Shown: piece after piece, positions 1 to 11,700 of the stretch | How the letters are laid out: each line of letters opens with the position of its first letter | How positions within the stretch are numbered: position 1 is the first letter of the stretch | Origin: Macrostomum lignano | Taxonomy: Eukaryota | Reading direction: 5' to 3' | DNA: 64,000 nucleotides | NCBI GenBank assembly: GCA_002269645.1 | Contig: NIVC01003031.1 | Location: 1 to 64,000, forward strand | Made by a program: the position numbers and the translations under genes | The notes under the pieces: generated by a model | Told to the model about the DNA's origin: nothing | Databases searched by the model: none | What the model saw: only the letters and a program-made list of their open reading frames with translations

Positions 1-876
1 TGTCCCCCTGCTACGCAAATTCTACGAGCCGCACGCCCTGCTGGCCAATGCCAACAGAACCCGCCTATTGCAGACCCTGCTGGCCGGCCTGGAGCACTGC
101 GACCTGTCCTGCGTGTCCTGGGCCACCGTCACCTTCTTGGACGTCGCGCTGTCAGGACCGGCCCGCGCGCGATCGGCACCGCGGCGACACGAGTCCGGCT
201 CGTCTGGCTCACTCTCCGCTCTGCCTGACCCAGCCGAGGCCAACAGCCATCCGCAGGCGTCGTCAACTGGCTCCTCTCAGGATCAACAGCCGCCGTCATC
301 GTCTCGATCTTCGTCAACAATGCCTCCGACTGACGAGCGCAGCGGACGAGCCGCCGCAGCAGCAGGACCTGTCGTCCGATTTCAACAGCATCGCGATGTC
401 GCAGGAAGACAGTCTGGTGTGTTGAGCGCAAGCTGACGCATCGCCAGAAAACAGCAGCAGGCAGCCAACGGTGGCTCGTCATCCAACTATTATCGGCTGG
501 CGCTGGCGGACTCCGACGACGATGCCGACTGTTTTCCCGTTGCCGCTGGCCTGCTAGCCGACAATCACAACCAGCTGCAGCGGCTCGATAGCGATGAACC
601 TGACAGCTTACCTGACAGCCAACCTGACAGCCAACCTGCGCCCCCTGCTGCTGCTGAGCCTGTCAAACTGAATGGCGATGTTCGATCGTCCAGAAATCGG
701 CAACAACAGCAGCGACATCCTCGACCGTCTCTTCCGCTGCCAATGTCGATGCCGTTGTCCATGTCGGCGGCGGCGGCGTCGGGCAACCAACTCTCGCGGT
801 CCGGCCAGCAGCAGCCGCCAGTTTGGCCAGGTCGCTGGCCGACGAACTACAAGAGGCCGAAGCGGCTTTGCGAGCT

Positions 877-1075
877 GATGAGGATGAGGATGCTGATGCG
901 GATGCGGATGCTGATGCGGATGCAGATGCGGATGCTGATGTGTACACATATTCAGATGAAGCGAATGCCTATACGGATGCAGATGCGGATTCGGATGCGG
1001 ATGCGGATGCGGATGCGGATGCAGCCAGTGCCAAAGCTAAAACGGATGCTGACACTGACGCTGATGAATCTTTGT
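877..1075 (+). repeat. (GATGCG)n-type hexamer repeat encoding an Asp-Ala acidic tract
   Basis: Degenerate GATGCG/GATGCT repeats; frame 1 reads DEDEDADADAD...DADTDADES. Confidence 0.85.
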
Positions 1076-1403
1076 CGGACGATTCAGTGACATCAGATGC
1101 CGCCAAATCCTTTTGAACGGCGGCTCTCTCTAGCGACTACGCGTTGCCGTTGCGTCAGGTTCAGGACACGTTGGGCGATGCGACACTCAGCGCAGCTTAT
1201 AGAGCTCTGTGGTGGCGAGGCGACGCCTGGCGGCCTGCCTGCTGTGCCTGTCGCCTGGCCGGGTTAGACTGGTGTCTTCCGGTTCTCTGTCCAGGTGCGG
1301 AGTCTGCTTCTGTCACCTTTGTTTTCATTGTTGATTGTTAACAGTTTTTACCGTGTAATCAACTTGTAGTACATTTGGGACTGTAGGATTTCAAGGAGGT
1401 GGT

Positions 1404-1586
1404 GGCAGGGGGATTCCGGAGGGTTGAGGACCTGGCAGCGGAGGAATCGGAGGGTTGAGGGCCTGGCCAGCGGGGGATTCCGGAGGGTTGAGGGCCTGGC
1501 AGCGGGGGATTCCGGAGGGTTGAGGGTCTGGCAGCGGGGGATTCCGGAGGGTTGAGGGCCTGGCAGCGGAGGATTCCGGAGGGTTG
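1404..1586. repeat. ~32-33-bp minisatellite in an intron of the PLEKHM2-like gene
   Basis: About 5-6 copies of GGCAGCGGGGGATTCCGGAGGGTTGAGGGCCT. Confidence 0.9.
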
Positions 1587-2394
1587 CGTGTCAGTATTAC
1601 TCTAAATATTACAGCAGTAGATCACGCGATAACTCGCATACTCTACTAAAAGTAGTAGAATTCCATCCGCATTAACGCAGGCTGTGCGAATGGCGGCCGG
1701 ATTCGCTCGATCACGTGTGCCAGAGCGTCCAGGGCCACCTGCTTCACCTGGTCGGCGTGGTCCGCTCCGCCCGCCATTTTTGTCGCCTGCGTCGACCAGT
1801 CGATCGGCGAATCGGCGACCCGCGACTTGCGCCGCTGCCTGCCAACTGTGCCGCTGTTCCGCGCTCGCCCTGCCAAGACGTCGGCCTGGGCAAATGGCTG
1901 CGCGCGAGGCGTCCAATTTGTCTGGCGCGCCGATGCACTACGCGCTAACTACGCACGAGGTGCTGCTCGACGCCCGGCTGCCTGTGCGGCCGCCGCGCGG
2001 CGATTGGAGTCGCCGACGACTGCTACTTCCGGCGGCTGGCTGCTGGCGCGCTCCGGGCGACGGCGGGCCGCAGTGGTCGCTGGCCGGCTGTCGGGGATGC
2101 TGCCTGGTTCAGGACGCCGACAATGGCACGTAGTGGAGGTGACGCTGGCGGCCGCGTGACACCGTCATGATCGGCGGCCAGAGCTCTGTCACTTGGAAAC
2201 AGGCAATTTGCACCGCTCTGGTGCGCGGCGGCGCTGGCGGCAGCGGCAGCGGCGCCACTTCAAAGATTCTGACGCTGTTGGTTACTGAGCATGGCCTCGC
2301 TCTGGGCGCGAGCTGCCGCGGGTCTGGACGGTGAGTGCAGCTCTTGGGCGCGGATCTGCGGCTCCTGTGAAGTAGCATTTGAGCTGTACGTATT

Positions 2395-2694
2395 ATAGTG
2401 GCTTTCTATAGCTGTAGTTGAGCTGCAATCTGAGCATTCTATAGCTGTAGTGAGCTGCAATCTGAGCATTCTATAGCTGTAGTTGAGCTGCAATCTGAGC
2501 ATTCTATAGCTGTAGTAGTTGAGCTGCAATCTGAGCATTCTATAGCTGTAGTTGAGCTGCAATCTGAGCATTCTATAGCTGTAGTAGTTGAGCTGCAATC
2601 TGAGCATTCTATAGCTGTAGTTGGGCTGCAATCTGAGCATTCTATAGCTGCAGTTGAGCTGCAATCTGAGCATTCTATAGCTGTAGTTGAGCTG
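2395..2694. repeat. 33-bp minisatellite in the last intron of the PLEKHM2-like gene
   Basis: About 9 copies of TCTATAGCTGTAGTTGAGCTGCAATCTGAGCAT, some with an extra GTA. Confidence 0.95.
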
Positions 2695-2973
2695 TTTCTC
2701 ATTCTAAACTTCCAGGTAGAAACGGTCGATCTAGTCACTTTAGACGAGATCCGCAGTATTGGCTACGATCCGCACTACCCCACTTATCTGACCCTGCGGC
2801 TGCGCCCTCCCACCACCTGGCTGATCTGCCTGGGCTCCGCCGAGGAGCGGAACCGGCTGGGCCGCCTGCTGCGCCACCTGCTGCCCCGGCTGCCGCTGCG
2901 CCGCCTGCCGCCAGGTCGGGCCGGCGGACTTCGCGCCTCAGCCAGGGCGCTGACGCTGCTGTGCGAACAGACT

Positions 2974-3358
2974 CTGCCCTGACCTGGCGTGACCCCCGAG
3001 AGTAGAGCCTGTGCTGCCCTGACCTGGCGTGACCCGAGAGTAGAGTCTGTGCTGCCCTGACCTGGCGTAACCCCGAGAGTAGAGCCTGTGCTGCCCTGAC
3101 CTGGCGTGACCCGAGAGTAGAGCCTGTGCTGCCCTGACCTGGCGTGACCCCCCAGAGTAGAGCCTGTGCTGCCCTGACCTGGCGTGACCCCCAGAGTAGA
3201 GCCTGTGCTGCCCTGACCTGGCGTGACCCCGAGAGTAGAGCCTGTGCTGCCCTGACCTGGCGTGACCCGAGAGTAGAGCCTGTGCTGCCCTGACCTGGCG
3301 TGACCCCGAGAGTAGAGCCTGTGCTGCCCTGACCTGGCGTGACCCCCCCCAGAGTAGT
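2974..3358. repeat. ~39-bp minisatellite starting at the PLEKHM2-like stop codon
   Basis: About 10 copies of CTGCCCTGACCTGGCGTGACCCC(n)GAGAGTAGAGCCTGTG. Confidence 0.95.
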
Positions 3359-3959
3359 CTGTGTTGGACGATTCCTGACGTGACCTGCCTTGACCTTCGC
3401 GGTAGCTCTGCTATTGTCCTTTGGCGGTCTTTATTATCTGTGTGACTCGACTTAGTACGAGATTCAGAGAACCGTATGAGCCATACCTATTTCATTGACA
3501 TGGCCTACTCTCTGGGTCAACAAGGGAACCCCGATCTCACCAGAGTCATACTGCCTATTAATCAAACAATTTCAACTGTCATAATGCATGTACTGTACAG
3601 GCTTCAGTTCTATTATTATGGTAACTAATTATGACTAGGCTGTTATTAATTAAACTAAAGTTCAGCAGCCCATACTTTGATGTTAATCTTGTTCGTTCAC
3701 TCCCAGACGTGTACAGTGAGGCTTACGAATATGTATGTATGTAGCTTTAATTTCTTCAGTCTCTTTCATACAGGCCCTTGCCAAACTTAATTTGTTTTTT
3801 CTTCTGTGCATCAAATCATTTTGCCTGAGTCTGTACCACGCTGTGTGGTTTAGTTCGGCCAAATATGCTGTTTGCCTGTGTGTCTGCCTTTTATTGCCTT
3901 CAATTTTACCGGTTTCGTTAATTGGAGACTTTGTTTTGGCATCTGGCTTGCTCGGCATG

Positions 3960-4046
3960 CCTGTCTCGTTCTGGCCTGTCTCCCATTGTGTCTGTCTCAC
4001 TGTCTGTCTGTCTGTCTGCCTGTTTGTCTGTGTCTGCCTGTCTTAG

Positions 4047-4141
<95 letters not shown>

Positions 4142-4152
4142 GTCTGTCTGTC

Positions 4153-4236
<84 letters not shown>
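3960..4236. repeat. (TGTC)n microsatellite
   Basis: Near-perfect TGTC run at about 4046-4235 with a degenerate 5' part. Confidence 0.95.
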
Positions 4237-4237
<1 letters not shown>

Positions 4238-4789
4238 TTTCAGTTCAGTCCATCTCCACAAGCTGCCGTGGCCCGTAGCTGGCAGTCGAACTCCAGTACA
4301 AATATATTAATACTTTAGAATTACTAAAAAGTATTAACCGGCTCGAGCGCATCTATTTTAATCAATAATGCATCAATCGAACAAGCAGATTCACCGCTGA
4401 TTTCTTGGAGTGCGTTTCTACATGCGCGCTCTGTAAAGTTCAGTTATTCAGCATTGGCTCAGTCCGTTTTATAACCAGATAATCGCCTGGATTTTCCCCG
4501 ATTTTACTCGTAGTAAGCTTCTGAAACAATGTGTAGAGAAACTGTAGATTTGCTCTAATTATTTTGTTCATTTATTCTGTAATATTTTTTTCTGTTTGTG
4601 TACCTCAATTATAAAATCGTGTGTTTGGATGTGTTGTGGCTGGTAAAGATAGCATAATGATTGTAAAATACACACCGCCATTGACAAGGGAATATTCGTG
4701 TTTTTATTCCTTTTTATTTAGCTTAATTTTAAAGGTATTTCAGCAAGTTAGTGTTTAGGTCCATCGGCCCTTCATAATTTCCATCGCCT

Positions 4790-5350
4790 CCTCTTTAATT
4801 CCATCAGCCTGTCGTTAGGTCCATCAGCCTGTCGTTAGGTCCATCAGCCTGTCGTTTGGTCCATCAGCCTGTCGTTTGGTCCATCAGCCTGTCGTTTGGT
4901 CCATCAGCCTGTCGTTTGGTCCATCAGCCTGTCGTTTGGTCCATCAGCCTGTCGTTTGGTCCATCAGCCTGTCGTTAGGTCCATCAGCCTGTCGTTTGGT
5001 CCATCAGCCTGTCGTTTGGTCCATCAGCCTGTCGTTTGGTCCATCAGCCTGTCGTTAGGTCCATCAGCCTGTCGTTAGGTCCATCAGCCTGTCGTTGGGT
5101 CCATCAGCCTGTCGTTGGGTCCATCAGCCTGTCGTTAGGTCCATCAGCCTGTCGTTTGGTCCATCAGCCTGTCGTTAGGTCCATCAGCCTGTCGTTGGGT
5201 CCATCAGCCTGTCGTTGGGTCCATCAGCCTGTCGTTAGGTCCATCAGCCCGTTTTTAGGTCCATCAGCCCGTTTTTAGGTCCATCAGCCCGTTTTTAGGT
5301 CCATCAGCCGTTTTTAGGTCCATCAGCCCGTCTTTAGGTCCATCAGGCTG
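4790..5350. repeat. 20-bp minisatellite
   Basis: About 27 copies of GGTCCATCAGCCTGTCGTT(A/T/G). Confidence 0.95.
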
Positions 5351-5485
5351 TCGTTAGGCAATATGCGTCCTTAGTTCCATGAGTATTTTTAGGTCCATGT
5401 ATTACCTGTTATGCTATAACTAAAGAATACCTGCTATAAGTGTTCATATTACGTATTCCAATCGCTGAAAAACCCAATCCTTCAG

Positions 5486-6996
5486 TTACCGCGTCGGCTC
5501 CTCTCGTGGCGCCGCTTTTGCTGGCGCCGTCAGCTCGCCAGCACGGCCGGACCCGAGACCAACAATTCCAATGGAACTGGCGGCCCTGCAACAGTGAAAA
5601 CTGCCAGCGAATACCTGCAGCACCTGGGCCCGCTGAGCGAGACCCTGGTAACCTCGGACGCTTGGCTGCACAGGGCTATTTACACCGGGGTGCAGTTCAA
5701 ATTGCGCTACTATCTCAGCCCGGTGCCGGCTAAGAAGCACCAGTCTCAGCACGCGCTGTTCCTCCTGTTGGCGCCGTTTGGGCGCGGCTACTCGGAGGTT
5801 GAGACTCTCGGCCGCTATCTGGAGGAGGCCGGCCAACGGGTGCTGCTGCCGCTCTGGCCGGGTCTGGGCTCGCCCGGACACTCGGCTAAGGATGAGCGGG
5901 TGAGTCTGCTGGTGATTAGTAGTATGAGTCAATTGAGTAGTCATTGTCAATCGGTTAAGTATTCAGTAGTATGAGTCAATTGAGTAGTCATTGTCAATCG
6001 GTTAAGTATAATATTCAGTACTATGAGTCTATTCAGTAGTCAGTCAGTATAAATCGAGATAGTAGTCAGTAGTATAAATCGAATGAGTAGTCAGTAGTAT
6101 AAATCAAGGGTATAGTCAGTAGTATGGATCGAATGAGTAGTCAGTAGTATGAATCGAATAAGTAGTCAGTAGTATAAAAATCGAGGAAATGAAACAGTCA
6201 GTAGTATGAATCGAGCATCAACTGAGCACCTCACTAATCCTCGCAGGTATTCTCCTACTCGGCAGCTGAGAACTCCATCCTGCTGTGCCGGCTGCTCAGA
6301 AACCGCGCTCTCAGATCCATGCCCAACCGGCCCGTGCTAGTTGTGGCCTCCGGTCAGGCCTGCTGGCCAGCCGTTGCTATGGCAACCCTGGCACCGGAGC
6401 TGCTATCTGGCGCGGTGCTGACGGCTCCCAGCGACCCGGACCCGCTGCAGAAATGGTCGGCGCTGCGGCTACTGGCCGACTTAACCGCCGGCCTGTGGTC
6501 TCACTCTGTGCTGCGCGTCCTGCCGGCCGCCGCCATCGCCGCCTGCAGCCCGCTCGTCAACTGGCCGCCACTGATTGGCCGGCAGTGGCTGCGGCTCCGA
6601 GCCTATCACCTGCTGGGCCTGCGCCACCGCGACTCCGACAACGGCCGCTCGCTGGCCGTGGCGATGCGCTGCTCGCCGATGCACCTGACCGCCTTGGCCA
6701 AGGACAGTCGGCGGCTGCAGCTCCTGCTGTCCGAGGAGCCAATCGAATGGAGCGGCTCGGCTCTTCAACTGCTGCCGGCTAAGCGGCTCTCCGTGTCGGG
6801 CTGGCCTTATCCGGTCGGTTGCTATGGCAACGATAATGCCGATTATAGGCAGTTTGCCGACTATCTGGTCAGGATGGCCGGCTATTGCGCCAGATCTGCG
6901 GCGGTAACTTCGGTCGCCAACACGGGCAACCTGCTGGACAGGGCCGGCAGCCTCGCCTCCGAGTCGGCTGCCAGGCGACGGACTGCCGCTGTTTAG
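5486..6996 (+). CDS. Alpha/beta-hydrolase-fold (ABHD-like) protein with a degenerate nucleophile motif; start codon not present in the first visible exon
   Basis: Exons 5486-5899 (after TTCAG; donor GTGAGT at 5900) and 6247-6996 (after CGCAG) join in frame, phase 0. Motifs RVLLPLWPGLGSPGHS (compare D-x-x-G-H-G-x-S) and VLVVASGQACWPAVAMATLAPELLSGAVLTAP (compare LVGHSxGxxxAxxxAxxxPxxVxxxVL) fit the fold. Stop TAG at 6994-6996. Confidence 0.65.
5918..6210. repeat. Degenerate tandem repeats in the ABHD-like intron
   Basis: A duplicated ~51-bp unit (AGTAGTATGAGTCAATTGAGTAGTCATTGTCAATCGGTTAAGTA...) followed by about 7 copies of a ~27-bp GTAGTCAGTAGTAT(A/G)AATCGA unit. Confidence 0.8.
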
Positions 6997-7069
6997 TTTG
7001 CGATTTTGTTAACTCTTTGTCTGATACTGGCGCGTGAAAATGTACCTGCCGGGTCCACAGTTGAATATC

Positions 7070-7075
7070 AATAAA
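7070..7075 (+). promoter_or_regulatory. Putative polyadenylation signal of the ABHD-like gene
   Basis: AATAAA about 75 nt downstream of the stop codon. Confidence 0.5.
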
Positions 7076-7804
7076 GCTATAAGAAAGGCACAACAGATCA
7101 AAAGATAAACATTGGGTCTGCCTCATATCGAAAGCAATAACAATTTTATGCTAAAAAAATAAAAACTCCCTATCTCCGTTGTGTTTTTATCGGTAAAACC
7201 TGCTTCCTAAAATTTTCTAAGAAACGAAGTTTCCCGCCCTACTTGAGTAGTCCTTGAGTCCACTTTTATAGTCCTCAGGCTAGACCAATAGTCCCCTTTC
7301 ATGGTCCTCAGTCTTGATCAACAATCCCCTGTTATGGGCCTAAACTTCTACTACAAGTTCCCTACCATAGGCGTAACATTTTAACCTCTTTGAATGCTAG
7401 TGAATTGGTTTAGTTAGTGATTTTCATGTTTTCTGAACTTTTAGTACTATTTCTTATTTGTTAGTTGAAGTTTGTTATTCTCTTCATATTGCTCAACGCA
7501 TGCTGAGAATAAAGCCTCTTTCTGAACGCATTTCTACTGCCACTTGATTTTAAGATGTAATTGTATTCATGTAAAAAATGTACTGCAAATCGGTAGTGCA
7601 TGGATGCCGGGTGCTTTTGTTTAATTTTATTTATTTTGCGTTTTTTCAGGTGGTAAATAACTTTCATGTCTGAACTCTTACAAAGCTTTATTTCTCCTTC
7701 CTAATCCTAAGTTCCCGCCTAACTGACCGTGTACATATCCTAGGCCCCATATAGCTATCAGCCTTATTAATTCAAGTTCAATTTCTTTACCCTTAATTCC
7801 CCGG

Positions 7805-8275
7805 GCCCCACCTCACTCGGTGCCCTGCAGCCAGACTGGCCGTTTTCACACTCTATATCAGCCTTATCTCTCCACTCTACGCCTTCGAGGCCCCCACCTC
7901 ACTCGCTGCCCCTGCAGACAGACTGGCGGTATTCACACCCCATATAATTGGCAGCCTTATCTCTCCACTCTACCCCTTCGAGGCCCCACCTCACTCTCTG
8001 CCCCTGCAGACAGACTGGCCGTATTCACACCCCATATAATTGGCAGCCTTATCTCTCCACTCTACCCCTTCGAGGCCCCACCTCACTCTCTGCCCCTGCA
8101 GACAGACTGGCCGTATTCACACCCCATATAATTGGCAGCCTTATCTCTCCACTCTACCCCTTCGAGGCCCCACCTCACTCTCTGCCCCTGCAGACAGACT
8201 GGCCGTATTCACACCCCATATGATTGGCAGCCTTATCTCTCATCCCTATGCCTTCCAGCCCCCTTCACTCTGCGC
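7805..8275. repeat. 92-bp minisatellite between the convergent ABHD-like and DNAAF11 3' ends
   Basis: About 5 copies, 92-bp period (GGCCCCACCTCACTCTCTGCCCCTGCAGACAGACTGGCCGTATTCACACCCCATATAATTGGCAGCC...), followed by (CCAGA)n. Confidence 0.95.
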
Positions 8276-8724
8276 CGCTGCAGCCAGACCAGACCAGACC
8301 AGACCAGAATGTTGCTGAATGTATATGTAATGTATATATTTATCCAAAAAGTGGTCAATTAGTTCATAGGAAACATTGTGGAAGAGCCAAAAGCAGGCAG
8401 TTAAATTATCTTAAAAGCAATTGACGCTGAAAGGAATTATTGTTTCTCTATTTTGTAAGCAACAAATCAACTAAATTAAAATGGACGGCTAGGTGTGTAT
8501 TATCAAGTAAGTACATGTATATACGCTTGTACATGCAATTGGTATGAAATAAAGTTAAGCACAGTGACAAAATGCGCCAAATAATGCGGTAAAATACAAG
8601 TTTATTATTAATAAAACACTCAGAATGTTAAAGTAAAGTTTTGCTTGTTAAAGCAAAACTTTTTTCGATCATATCGGCAAAATGTGTCAGCTACGGGTAC
8701 ATGCATAATGAAAATACGAGTAGG

Positions 8725-11700
8725 TCAGATCAGCGGCGGCACGTCGGGATCGTCAACAAAACCCGGCGAATTCGGCCGCTCAACGGCGGTCTTCGCTGTT
8801 GACCGGCCAGCAAAGCCGCCGCCGTTTTTGCCGCCGCTGACCTTGTCGGCTTCTGGCGGCACCACACGGAGGTCGACGACGCCTCGCCTGCTGGATTCGT
8901 CGACTTCCAAGTAGGCGTGGCGCGGCTGCGACTCCGTTTTCGTTGTCGGCGGAACGGCGGCTGCCGGTTTGGCTACAGCCGCCGATGCCGCCGATTTTCG
9001 CAGCGGCTCTCCATGCGCCTTCGGCATGGTGACCAGTAGGTGGCCGGTGGTGGCTGAGCGTAGGGCCGAGGATTCGTCGGTGCGGACCTCGCCAGCAAGG
9101 CCAGTTGAAGCAGGCGGCCTTTGACGGTGACGCGGATGTACTGGGGCTGCACATCGCAGTCGATCAAGCTGGTGTCCATGTGCCTGCGGCGGGCAGGGAG
9201 AATTCTCTGAACATTCTAGTAATTCCCCGACTGTCCGAATCTAGTAATTCCCCGACTGTCCGAATCTAGTATTCCCGACTGTTCGAATCTAGTAATTCCC
9301 GACTGACCGAATCGAGTAATTCCCCGACTGTCCGAATCTAGTATTCCTCGACTGTCTGAATCGAGTAATTCCCCGACTGTCCGAATCGAGTAATTCCCCG
9401 ACTGTCCGAATCTAGTATTCCCCGACTGTCCGAATCGAGTAATTCCCCGACTGTCCGAATCGAGTAATTCCCCGACTGTCCGAATCTAGTAATTCCCCGA
9501 CTGTCCGAATCTAGTAATTCCCGACTGTCCGAATCTAGTAATTCCCCGACTGTCCGAATCTAGTAATTCCCCGACTGTCCGAATCTAGTAATTCCCGACT
9601 GTCCGAATCTAGTAATTCCCCGACTGTCCGAATCTAGTAATTCCCCGACTGTCCGAATCTAGTATTCCCCGACTGTTCGAATCTAGTAATTCCCCGACTG
9701 TTCGAATCTAGTAATTCCCCGACTGTCCGAATCGAGTAATTCCCCGACTGTCCGAATCTAGTATTCCTCGACTGTCTGAATCGAGTAATTCCCCGACTGT
9801 CCGAATCGAGTAATTCCCCGACTGTCCGAATCGAGCAATTCCCCGACTGTCCGAATCGAGTAATTCCCCGACTGTCCGAATCTAGTATTCCCCGGCTGTC
9901 CGAATCGAGTAATTCCCCGACTGTCTGAATCGAGTAATTCCCCGACTGTCCGAATCGAGTAATTCCCCGACTGTCCGAATCTAGTATTCCCCGACTGTCC
10001 GAATCGAGTAATTCCCCGACTGTCCGAATCGAGTAATTCCCCGACTGTCCGAATCTAGTATTTCCCGACTGTCCGAATCGAGTAATTCCCCGACTGTCCG
10101 AGTCTAGTAATTTCCCGACTGTCCGAATCGAGTAATTCCCCGACTGTCCGAATCGAGTAATTCCCCGACTGTCCGAATCTAGTAATTCCCCGACTGTCCG
10201 AATCTAGTAATTCCCCGACTGTCCGAATCTAGTATTTCCCGACTGTCCGAATCGAGTAATTCCCCGACTGTCCGAGTCTAGTAATTCCCCGACTGTCCGA
10301 ATCGAGTAATTCCCCGACTGTCCGAATCGAGTAATTCCCCGACTGTCCGAATCTATTAACTTCAAAAAGTTCTAATTTCACAATAAATTCCCTTGCATGT
10401 ACTTTCCGGATCTCCGGAGCCTCCCAGCCTCACTCACTTGAACACCGCGACGTCCAGAATATAGGCATTGTTCTCTTCATCGTCAGTGAGTGTGAAGTCG
10501 AGTCTGCAGTCCAGTAGGAGCTGGTTGGCTTGTGACAATGATTTTAAAGTAAGCCGAGCAATCAATTTTTGGCACGACTCACTTTGACTCGTTTATATTG
10601 TAGGGTCGGCCGTCCGGGAAAAACAGCGGGTGCTGCTTCGGGGCCGGTTTTTCGCTGCGGGGGCATCGATGGGGGAGGCTGGCTAAATTTATCCTGACAG
10701 GCAGACAGACAGGCAAGGCAGAGCAGTTCATGCCAGCTCAACTCACGGCTCGGGATTCTCGCGCCGCCGCTTCTCCTGCATAAATTCGTGCGTCTCAATG
10801 CGCGATTCGGGCGTGTAGGGCACCTTCTCCTGCATGAACCTGCGGGTGAATCAGACTGCGATCTGCCAGTGCCTCTGCCATCATCCCCAATCTGCCAGTG
10901 CCTCACTGCCATCATCCCCAATCTGCCAGTGCCTCACTGCCATCATCCCCAATCTGCCAGTGCCTCACTGCCATCATCCCCAATCTGCCAGTGCCTCACT
11001 GCCATCATCCCCAATCTGCCAGTGCCTCACTGCCATCATCCCCAATCTGCCAGTGCCTCACTGCCATCATCCCCAATCTGCCAGTGCCTCACTGCCATCA
11101 TCCCCAATCTGCCAGTGCCTCACTGCCATCATCCCCAATCTGCCAGTGCCTCACTGCCATCATCCCCAATCTGCCAGTGCCTCACTGCCATCATCCCCAA
11201 TCTGCCAGTGCCTCACTGCCATCATCCCCAATCTGCCAGTGCCTCACTGCCAGTGCCTCACTGCCATCATCCCCAATCTGCCAGTGCCTCACTGCCAGTG
11301 CCTCACTGCCATCATCCCCAATCTGCCAGTGCCTCACTGCCATCATCCCCAATCTGCCAGTGCCTCACTGCCATCAACCCCAATCTGCCAGTGCCTCACT
11401 GCCAGTGCCTCACTGCCATCATCCCCAATCTGCCAGTGCCTCACTGCCATCATCCCCAATCTGCCAGTGCCTCACTGCCATCATCCCCAATCTGCCAGTG
11501 CCTCACTGCCATCATCCCCAATCTGCCAGTGCCTCACTGCCATCATCCCCAATCTGCCAGTGCCTCACTGCCAGTGCCTCACTGCCATCATCCCCAATCT
11601 GCCAGTGCCTCACTGCCATCATCCCCAATCTGCCAGTGCCTCACTGCCATCATCCCCAATCTGCCAGTGCCTCACTGCCATCATCCCCAATCTGCCAGTG

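Larger units (their letters stand above)
1..2982 (+). pseudogene. PLEKHM2: PLEKHM2/SKIP-like RUN + PH-like domain gene, 5'-truncated by the window, multiply frameshifted (pseudogene copy or assembly indels)
   Basis: Frame 2 from base 2 reads VPLLRKFYEPHALLANANRTRLLQTLLAGLEHCDL..FLDVA, resembling the end of the PLEKHM2 RUN domain (LLHKYYVKNAL..LFLTLVSGLEF..YLDLA). C-terminal exons read KILTLLVTEHGL and VETVDLVTLDEIRSIGY..TYLTLRL..WLICLGSAEERNRL, resembling the PLEKHM2/nischarin C-terminal PH-like region. Exons are about <1-1294, 1681-2330 and 2716-2982, with GT-AG junctions and TGA at 2980-2982. Several frame switches and in-frame stops (434-436, 1114-1116) are needed to join the pieces. Confidence 0.62.

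Noticed and set aside
434-1116. In-frame TGA codons in the PLEKHM2-like gene as selenocysteine or recoded stops
   Set aside because: Frameshifts are also required nearby, other genes in the window use TGA as a true stop, and no SECIS was recognised; indels or decay explain them better.
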